The notes beneath the pieces were generated by a model. That model was not told where the DNA came from, searched no databases, and saw only the letters and a program-made list of their open reading frames with translations. Positions 1 through 7,220 of a DNA stretch of 7,220 bases are shown here, piece after piece (position 1 is the stretch's first letter; the number at the start of each line of letters is the position of its first letter). The stretch covers positions 1 through 7,220 of the forward strand of contig JAQGDQ010002236.1 in NCBI GenBank assembly GCA_030141605.1, given 5' to 3'. The position numbers were made by a program, and so were the translations under genes. This DNA is from Tubiluchus corallicola (lineage: Eukaryota > Animalia > Priapulida).

Positions 1-340
1 ACTATCAATTACAGTCTACAGACATTGGCGACGATAGTGTTGCTTCATTCTGATCTGAAACTTACTCATTTTTGGTGCAACTCATTTTCCATATTTCAAA
101 AAGACTCGTATCGCGACAAATATTTTCATCAAAACGAGTTAAATCTTTACTGTTTTACAAGATTTGTGGAATGCATGTTTGACAAAGATCATCACTGCCT
201 TGTAGGATATTGATGAGTTTTGGAATAGAGTTTTATCATGGTAGAAAAGACTGCTCTATAAATTTATCGTCTTTGCAGTTTACTCGTGTTTTACTTTTAT
301 ATTGAATAATAAGTCTGGGGCATTTTTATCAAACTATGTC

Positions 341-389
341 CAGAGTATTTCGATTTTGCAGAGTATTTCGATTTTTGCAGAGTATTTCG
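341..389. repeat. Short tandem repeat, 18-19-bp unit, ~2.7 copies
   Basis: CAGAGTATTTCGATTTTG (341-358), CAGAGTATTTCGATTTTTG (359-377) and CAGAGTATTTCG (378-389), read directly from the sequence. Confidence 0.9.
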
Positions 390-615
390 TGGTGAAGAAT
401 TTAACGTTGCATTTAATGTAGTGGCTCTGTTTGCATTAACTGCTTGCATAATCAATATTTTTCAAGATTACGTACCCAAGAATAATAACAAATATTGTAC
501 GTTTTTGAATGTTGGCAAAGTTATTAGCTCTGATATTTGTACTAGATGTTCAACATGGTAGGATAGCTGAATATGACCAGGTATTAGTAAATCACATTAG
601 AAATTCATTAGCAAT

Positions 616-1114
616 ACTAACAGCAGATTTCCAGTTGCTTCGATCTGCCGCAAGCTCCTCGTAATTTGCTGGTGTAATGCCGCCTGCCTTGAGGTCCCGT
701 TTACAAACATCTTTGTAGCGATGCAGTGGCCTCCCGGTGGGTCGGGAGCCAGTAGCAAGCTCACCGTACAGAATGTCCTTGGGCAATCTGCCGTCCTGCA
801 TGCGGGAAACATGGCCTAGCCAGCGTAGACGTCTGTTGGTGAGTATGGCATACATGCTAGGGATTCCAGCTCTTGCTAGCATACCCTTATTGGTTATGTG
901 CTCCTGCCATGAGATGCCCAGGATTCTTCTGAGGCAGCGTTGGTGACAAACATTGAGCCTGCATTCTCGATGGCTATACAGAGTCCAGCTCTCGCTCCTG
1001 TACAACAGTGTGCTCAGTACACAGGCTTGGTACACCTGGTACTTTATCTTGATGGTCAGCATGTTGTTTTACCGCACCATCTTCGTTAAGTGTTAGACTT
1101 CGTTAGACTAACAG
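616..1114 (-). mobile_element. RTE-clade non-LTR retrotransposon (LINE) fragment: region C-terminal to the RT core, truncated at both ends, degenerate
   Basis: ORF 592..1062(-) reads YQACVLSTLLYRSESWTLY...HQRCLRRILGISWQEHITN...RRLRWLGHVSRMQDGRLPKDILYGEL...RPTGRP..RYKDVCKRDLK...AADRSNW. These match the LLYGxExW, RLRWxGHVxRM and GRP motifs typical of RTE/BovB-like ORFs. In-frame homology continues upstream through a stop (LTKMVR*NNM, resembling LxKRVWENNM; TAA at 1069-1071) to ~1089. There is no RT catalytic core, endonuclease or 3' tail. The segment is visibly GC-richer than its flanks. Confidence 0.9.
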
Positions 1115-1789
1115 TTTATTTCAAATTTGCGTTTGTATACTGGTGACCTAGTAAGTTTTTCATTTCAGGTTTTTAAGCCAACACTTATTACTCTCTTTAA
1201 GTATGACAAGCTTTCCACAACTTCTGTAACACGTATCTAACACAGATAAGTGCTATTGATGTAACAATTTTTTTAGTATATTAATGCAAAGTATAATGGT
1301 TCTGTTGTAGATTGTGTAAGGTATAATAACCCCGCTATCGTTAAAGAATGAGTTTTCAAAGTTCTGTTAATGTTTTGAAAACAGATAAAAACGCAAAACC
1401 TGAAAAAAATGGAACACAAGTTTGCAATTTTAATTTCTGTGTATTTCAAGTGGAAGTATTCAATCTCTGCATCTTCTAATATCAGACTTTACTACAGATT
1501 CACGACAGATGTCACAGAAAAAATTAAAACCAAGGACCACAATACAGCTTTAAAAGCATCTATATTAACTTTTTCGGAGACTAGTTATAGTGTTATTACT
1601 TCAAGTGATTGCACTATACTACTACTATTAATTCAGTCAAATTATCTAAATATTTGTAGAAAGTCTTAGATCCGATACGTAGAAAGAAAATTATCTTTAG
1701 ATATAGAAATATGCGGGCTAAAAAATATTTATCGTGAACAGGACGCAGCCGTACCTTAAACTAAACTAAACATGTCTAACCATTGCATA

Positions 1790-2910
1790 AAGAAGGCATA
1801 GCGACTGCTTTGCGAGATGAAAGTGGCTAGCATTGTCACGGATGATTGTTTTTGGTGTTCAGTTCTCAAGTCAGTTACCAATTCAATGTGAATGTGAATG
1901 ACAGATAGACAAACAAACAAGCAGACCCATACCTTTTCGAGATTGGGCTTACAAGATTTCTTGGCCAAAATCGGACCCAAATAGTCTATCCCAATATGAG
2001 TGAATGGGTTTGATGATTGGAATCGTGTAAGGTGGTAAATCTGCCATAGGAGACATTTTATATGGTCCACCATCCATATTGCGAAACACAGTACAACGAT
2101 TGAGCAATTTTTTGACGAGAATTCTGCCTGCCGGAATCCAATAGTTTTGCAGTAGTAAAGCAATGGCTGAGCAGTTCCGACATGGCAGTTTGAGAAATGA
2201 ATCTGTTTTACTAACGATTTAGTGAAATAACTGTTTTTGGGGAATAATATTGGTAAATTTTCACGTTGTGTTGTACAGGTTTTCTTCACTTTACTCAAGC
2301 AACGGATTAGACTATAGAACGTCCTGCAACGTTCGCAATTCGCGCAGTGACGGATGCAAAGGGTTGAAAGAACCGCCTGGAAGGAAGTACTCTTCATGCT
2401 GAATATATTTTATCCATTCTAGACGTGGTAAACTTCAGCAGCCGTAAGCGCACCCGCTGCAAGTGATCTATGAATCCACCATCTATTGCTCGATAGAGCC
2501 AGCATGTTGGGTTTATTAGCCGAGTAAGAGACAAAAATATGTTTATATGAAAAACTGACAAGTCATGTACTGTATGATGTACAGCTTGTGCCAAGCAGCT
2601 CGTTTCAAAAAGCACTTCATTTATTTGTTCAAGCTTTTCAGACGTCAATGTAGACAAACTGCTTACAGGCCAGTACGATTCAATCTGAACAAATTCTGGT
2701 TCTTGAAACCAAAAATTTATTTACTGCTTAGTGCCTAAATCAGCTGGATTTAATTCTGTTGGCACATGACGAAATTCTGTTTCAGTTTGTTTGCGAATTT
2801 CTGCAATTCGATTCTGAACGAAATTCGCAAGCAGCTTCTTTGACTGCAGCCACGAAAGCATGCAGACTGAATCCGAGAAAACAATGCGACGAGAAATCGT
2901 TATGTTCACA
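1790..2910 (-). mobile_element. BEL/Pao LTR retrotransposon pol fragment (RNase H - linker - integrase), degenerate
   Basis: 2721..2909(-) gives FSDSVCMLSWLQ...FVQNRIAEIR...FRHVPTELNPADLGTK, the BEL/Pao RNase H signature (DSxxxLxW, FVxNR, HVxxxxNPAD). Linker remnants LSLTRLINPTCW, LTAAEV and WIKYIQHEEYF occur in shifting frames. Integrase remnants are PILFPKNSYFTKSLVKQIHFSNCHVG, then in another frame YWIPAGRILVKKLLNRCTVF..GGPYKMSPMADLP, then PFTHIGIDYLGP..KVWVCLFVC..IHIELVTDL, then in another frame PKTIIRDNASHF. The RH-before-IN order fits BEL/Pao. There are multiple frameshifts and stops, and no LTR was recognised. Confidence 0.9.
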
Positions 2911-3808
2911 TCACAAAAACAAAAACTACATAGAAAAAAATAAAAATACTAAAGAAATAGTTGATGAAAGATGCCATTACCCACAATACACTAGCTAACA
3001 AATATCAACGAAAACTGGTTAGGATAGTCTGTCTTACGTACCAACAGCCAGGAAACTAACCACGAACCCCAAAATGCAGAGCTTAAATATAAAACTAACG
3101 CCACAAATAGAAATCAATAAACAATTAGTATTCAAGCGTCACGAGGAACTTGCAAAACCTTTAAGAAAATATCAAAAAGGATTTAGACTCAATCAACCAA
3201 TCGATAATGACTTGAACCAATAAACCCAACTACTAAAATGTAAGTACATCTATTTTAGGAGGCGGCAACCACGGATAATAAATCAATTGTAAAGTTCCAT
3301 TTCTAAAAAAAATAGACTCAAAACACGATTAGCAACAGCATGCTATTTTTGATTTGAAGAAAACCCGCCATCTTTAATAATTATTGCAAAATTTCTTCAT
3401 AAAACTGCCCATAACTGCCTCCTTGCCCAATACGCTTGTGATATCCGTGCGAACTGACAATTGTTTATTTTACGATTCAGTCAAAGCATTGGAGATCATA
3501 TAAGCAGGAGTTTTCTGATCAGTGTTAAATTATTGTAAACTGATGGTTAATTGTAGACCCGATTATCATTAAAATCAGACACATTAATTAGAAATGCGTT
3601 GAAACCGTGACTGTATTATGGTGAAAAACAAAAGAAAGGGTTAACTTTTGCTGGGAACATGTGATCTATACATTGAGCTTTTCTAGTTATATTTTCATAC
3701 TTGCCCTTGTAACTGAAAAATGATGCAGTGCGATTCGTCTTTCTCTCCTTGTGCTTCATTGACTGTAAGTTATAATAAATACTGAGGAATCAGTTTTTCC
3801 TTTTATCA

Positions 3809-4361
3809 ATGATGAATGTTAAAGGAAAGGACATATTGCGCATCTTATTAATCGTAAACATATTTTTCATCACTTTTATTTTGTTTTTCTATTCCGAAAA
3901 AAATTTACAGATTTCAGATAACATAAATATTGTGAAAAGGCAGCGCAATATAGCAGTTTTTATAGCAATAGCCAGCGCTTTCAAAGACAGACTTACTAGA
4001 AGAAACAATCTCAGAAAAACCTGGCTGAATGGTTCACACATAAACCCAGATATTGCTTACAGATTTTTTACTGATCAATATGATAATTCAGGTAAAAATA
4101 TCAGTTACCTGCACATGAAGAAACTAAAAAATGAACAACTTCATTATGGTGATTTAACATTCACGGACGTCCCATCGGGTTTAAACAATGCACGTAGATT
4201 ACTGTGGATTATGGGCTGGGCTATTGAAAGATACAACTTTACTTACTTCATGAAGGTTGATGATGACGTATTTGTTTGCATGGAGAGACTCCTGGCAGAA
4301 CTTCCATTTCGACCAAAAAAACTTCTTTACTGGGGAAGCGTAAACTGTCGTCCTGGAGTAG
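3809..4361 (+). CDS. GT31-family glycosyltransferase (beta-1,3-galactosyltransferase-like), coding exon 1 of 2
   Basis: Short basic N-terminus plus hydrophobic signal anchor (ILRILLIVNIFFITFILFFY). GT31 motifs VFIAIASA...RRNNLRKTWL, LKNEQLHYGDL and YFMKVDDDVFV (DxD), followed by LYWG. The exon ends at a consensus donor AG|GTAAGT (4361|4362), phase 1. The start could be ATG 3809 or the adjacent ATG 3812. Confidence 0.88.
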
Positions 4362-4462
4362 GTAAGTTTATTTATTTCCTTATACAGGTAAGCTTCTGTA
4401 TACTGCCTACATGAATTTTTTTTGGAAAGTTACAATTTTTAAGCTAAAGATAAGTAACACTA

Positions 4463-5533
4463 CTACTCACACTTAGTTTGAAATTGTACTAGAGATGTGA
4501 TAACCATGCCCAACTGACATTTAGTTAGAAATTGTACTGGAGATGTGATAACCATGCCCACTGACACTTAGTTCGAAATTGTAACGAAGATGTGATAACC
4601 ATGTCTACTGACACTTAATTCGAAATCGTACTGGAGATGTGATAACCATGTCTACTGACATTTAGTTAGAAATTGTGCTGGAGATGTGATAACCATGCCC
4701 ACTGACATTTAGTTAGAAATTGTACTGGAGATGTGATAAACATGCCCACTGACATTTAGTTAGAAATTGTACTGAAGATGTGATAAACATGCCCACTAAC
4801 ATTTAGTTTGAAATTGTGCTGGAGATGTGATAAACATGCCCACTGACACTTAGTTTGAATTTGTACTGAAGATGTGATAAACATGCCTACTAGCATTTAG
4901 TTAGAAATTGTGCTGGAGATGTGATAAACATGCCCACTGACATTTAGTTAGAAATTGCACTGGAGATGTGATAACCTTGTCTACTAACACTTAGTTAGAA
5001 ACTGTGCTGGAAATGTGATAAACATGCCCACTGACATTTAGTTAGAAATTGCACTGGAGATGTGATAACCTTGTCTACTAGCACTTAGTTAGAAACTGTG
5101 CTGGAAATGTGATAAACATGCCCACTGACATTTAGTTAGAAATTGCACTGGAGATGTGATAACCTTGTCCACTGACACTTAGTTGGAAATTGTACTGGAG
5201 ATGTGATAAACATGCTCACTGACATTTAGTTCGAAATTGTACTGGAGATGTGATAATCATGCCCACTGACACTTAGTTAGAAATTGTACTGGAGATGTGA
5301 TAACCATGCCCACTGACACTTAGTTAGAAATTGTACTGGAGATGTGATAACCATGCCCACTGACACTTAGTTAGAAATTGTACTGGAGATGTGATAACCA
5401 TGCCCACTGACATTTAGTTTGAATTTGTACTGGAGATATGATAAACATGCCTACTAGAATTTAGTTAAAAATTGTACTGGAGATGTGATAAACATGCCCA
5501 CTGACATTTAGTTAGAAATTGTGGTGTAGATGT
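4463..5533. repeat. Intronic minisatellite, 47-bp unit, ~22.7 copies
   Basis: Consensus YTTAGTTAGAAATTGTACTGGAGATGTGATAAMCATGCCCACTGACA. The core AGATGTGATA or a close variant recurs 23 times, at 4493, 4541, 4588 ... 5481, 5528. Spacing is exactly 47 bp except the first interval (48). Units are head-to-tail with no spacers. Confidence 0.97.
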
Positions 5534-5566
5534 TTTGACCTTCATATTTAGAATTATCTATGGGGA

Positions 5567-5628
5567 TAATACAGGTTATAACAATCTGGCTTAATACAGG
5601 TTGTAGCAATTAATTATCTGGGCCTTAA
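5567..5628. repeat. Imperfect short tandem duplication (~25-bp period)
   Basis: TAATACAGGTTATAACAAT (5567-5585) and TAATACAGGTTGTAGCAAT (5592-5610), each followed by a CTGG..CTTAA-like segment. Confidence 0.6.
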
Positions 5629-6655
5629 CAACTGAAGATTAGTTTCACTTGATGACACTGGTGTCGCTTTTCAGAAAAGCTTCAGAATTCCATGCTTTTT
5701 GGTTTGAGTGCAGATCCTCACATTTTAAAATGACAGCACAAACACGGGTAGCTCATCTACACAACAAAGACTTAATCCAGGGTAAAAACGCTTAAAGATT
5801 ATTAGCACTAATCCTTTAAAACAGAAATCTGGTTAGTCCAGCAGAAATGATCTAAATGGGTTTTTTTAATTTATCTCCTTGGCATAAATCCTAACAACCA
5901 GGCACCAGTCATTCATCATGAAATCATCCTAGACTTCAAATTCTAGCAACCCTTGTGAAACTGTTTGCAAGCATCTTTAGAGAGGCTTAAGCCTGTGCAA
6001 AAGAACAATAAGAAAGAATGAAAAACAGAAAGAAAGCAAAATTCATAAAAATAAATATAACGAATTACAAAACAGATTAATAATCAGACACATCAAAAAC
6101 ACAAGAACTTTTATAAGCGTAGTCAGTAGGATTCCGATATAAAAATTTAATTATTTTGGCACCAAGCTTAGCAAAAGCATTTAGGTCATCGCCTAAGATG
6201 TCTCAAACTGCGCTTTACAGTTCATTAAATGTTAGTGTTTTTATTAAACGGCTCATGCTATTAGCACCACAAAATTCGCTAAATTGATTTGTTGTCATTC
6301 TATGGCGCTTTGCTTCTTTAATCCAGATTTGCTGAGCAGCTTATTGGACTAAACTAGAAGATTAGCACAAGAGCAAAACTAATGCAACTAGTGACTATTA
6401 TAACCATAAGTGGTATTCAACGTAGCATGATTTACTCTGTCTATCAGCTTCGTGACAACGTGATCAATGAGTCAAAGGTCAATCAATCACTTTTCAACTT
6501 CTACCATTAAAATCGCGTTACGCCTTTAAGATGACTAACAAAGCCGGCGATCATTGATCACCTTCAATTTTTACATACCTGCTCACTACAGACAAAATTT
6601 AACGTAATGACTGACAATCAAGAAAACTGACGCTTTCTTTCTTTTATTCCCGCAG

Positions 6656-7140
6656 GTGGCGCTTTCATGGATGAACACTTTGTAATTCTCAGTGCAGACA
6701 TTGTGAGGATAATATTGGACTTACATAGAAGAGAAGAGCTTCTATGTACAAATTATGGTGGATTTGCCCTTGCATGGTGGTTGAGTACTTGGGAGGAAAA
6801 AAACAACCAAAAACTGAATTTCTTTGGTGACAATCAACGCCATTACACCGGCAAAGTTAGTTTGTCTGTCAAACGTGAAAACATACAAAATTACGAAGAG
6901 CTATGCGAACGTTACATAAGTGTACACCGATGGCTTTTGACAGAAAATATGAGTAAAGTATGGTACAATAAAAATACAACATTGCATAAGAAGTATTCTG
7001 TTCCACCACTAAAGATGGACAAATGCAACTGGCAAAGAGAAAGTCCTTTTGAGGTTAATAATCTGCAGCAATTGCAGCCTTGCCAAAGTGCTAGTTTCGA
7101 ATCAAAATCTGACATATGGGTTGGATGGCAAGGGAGTTGA
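6656..7140 (+). CDS. GT31-family glycosyltransferase, coding exon 2 of 2 (C-terminal half of catalytic domain)
   Basis: Open frame from the acceptor to TGA at 7138-7140, immediately followed by TAG. Contains VILSADIV (GT31 YVLSxDxV-like), ALAWWL (SLGxWL-like) and CERYISVH (C-terminal Cys..His motif). Phase-compatible with the 4361 donor. Confidence 0.85.
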
Positions 7141-7220
7141 TAGATATTTAAACATCTGTTCAAATTATATTATTATGGAGATTCCATTAGAGGAAACAAA
7201 TAAGTTCTACTCTTTTAGTT

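Larger units (their letters stand above)
4362..6655 (+). other. Spliceosomal GT-AG intron, phase 1, 2294 bp
   Basis: Donor GTAAGT at 4362. Branch-like CTGAC at 6627-6631, polypyrimidine tract at 6633-6651, and acceptor CGCAG ending at 6655. Splicing gives GTA G|GT GGC GCT TTC ATG (V-G-G-A-F-M), joining the two ORFs in frame (553+485=1038 nt, 345 aa plus stop). Confidence 0.85.

Noticed and set aside
25-213. 62-aa ORF
   Set aside because: Non-ATG start, no motif, and a length expected by chance.
597-946. ORFs 597..812(-) and 737..946(+)
   Set aside because: Alternative-frame and antisense shadows of the GC-richer RTE fragment.
1409-1669. 86-aa ORF
   Set aside because: Composition simply reflects AT-rich DNA. 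No domain or convincing exon context is recognisable.
592-2909. RT, RNase H and integrase pieces as one retroelement or novel composite system
   Set aside because: The pieces come from different classes (RTE LINE vs BEL/Pao LTR). They are in the wrong order for a single pol, differ in decay, and are separated by ~670 bp of unrelated AT-rich DNA.
2759-2998. 79-aa + strand ORF
   Set aside because: Antisense to the BEL RNase H remnant and running into A-rich low-complexity sequence.
3490-3808. Promoter or TATA box (TATAA-like words near 3499 and 3771) and a GTAAGT at 3765
   Set aside because: Such words are frequent in AT-rich DNA. There is no transcription start evidence and no matching acceptor before the ATG.
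4362-4414. C-terminus KFIYFLIQVSFCILPT of the 201-aa ORF as a genuine protein end
   Set aside because: This is read-through into the intron past a consensus donor. The GT31 domain is completed only by exon 2.
4463-5533. CRISPR array or coding repeat
   Set aside because: Units are contiguous with no unique spacers and there are no cas genes. The 47-bp period is not a multiple of 3 and the units are rich in stop codons. The array lies within a spliceosomal intron.
5661-5735. Cryptic internal exon after TTTTCAG (5674)
   Set aside because: Both relevant phases hit stop codons within about 20 codons, with no GT31 similarity.
6667-7140. Independent 157-aa gene starting at ATG 6667
   Set aside because: It is preceded by a branch site, pyrimidine tract and CAG acceptor in the phase matching exon 1, so it is exon 2.
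6912-7163. 83-aa antisense ORF
   Set aside because: Shadow of exon 2 with no recognisable motif.
7141-7220. Polyadenylation signal
   Set aside because: No AATAAA or ATTAAA after the stop within the window. The 3' UTR probably extends beyond it.

Overview
AT-rich eukaryotic genomic DNA, probably from an invertebrate animal (inferred from the spliced gene and retroelement content). The right half holds an apparently intact two-exon gene on the + strand (CDS join 3809..4361, 6656..7140; 345 aa). It encodes a type II membrane GT31-family (beta-1,3-galactosyltransferase/Fringe-like) glycosyltransferase. Its 2294-bp phase-1 GT-AG intron contains a ~1.07-kb minisatellite of about 22.7 copies of a 47-bp unit. 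The left half carries two decayed retroelement fragments on the - strand: an internal piece of an RTE-clade LINE (~616-1114) and a frameshifted RNase H-integrase piece of a BEL/Pao LTR retrotransposon (~1790-2910). The most notable observations are (i) the GT31 protein appears to have Gly-Gly at the catalytic xED position and Asp-Glu in the glycine-loop position, (ii) two strong, out-of-frame 5' splice donors lie 26 nt apart, and (iii) the LINE fragment lacks both ends yet is flanked by an 8-bp direct repeat with a patchwork junction. No prokaryotic-type system such as CRISPR is supported.
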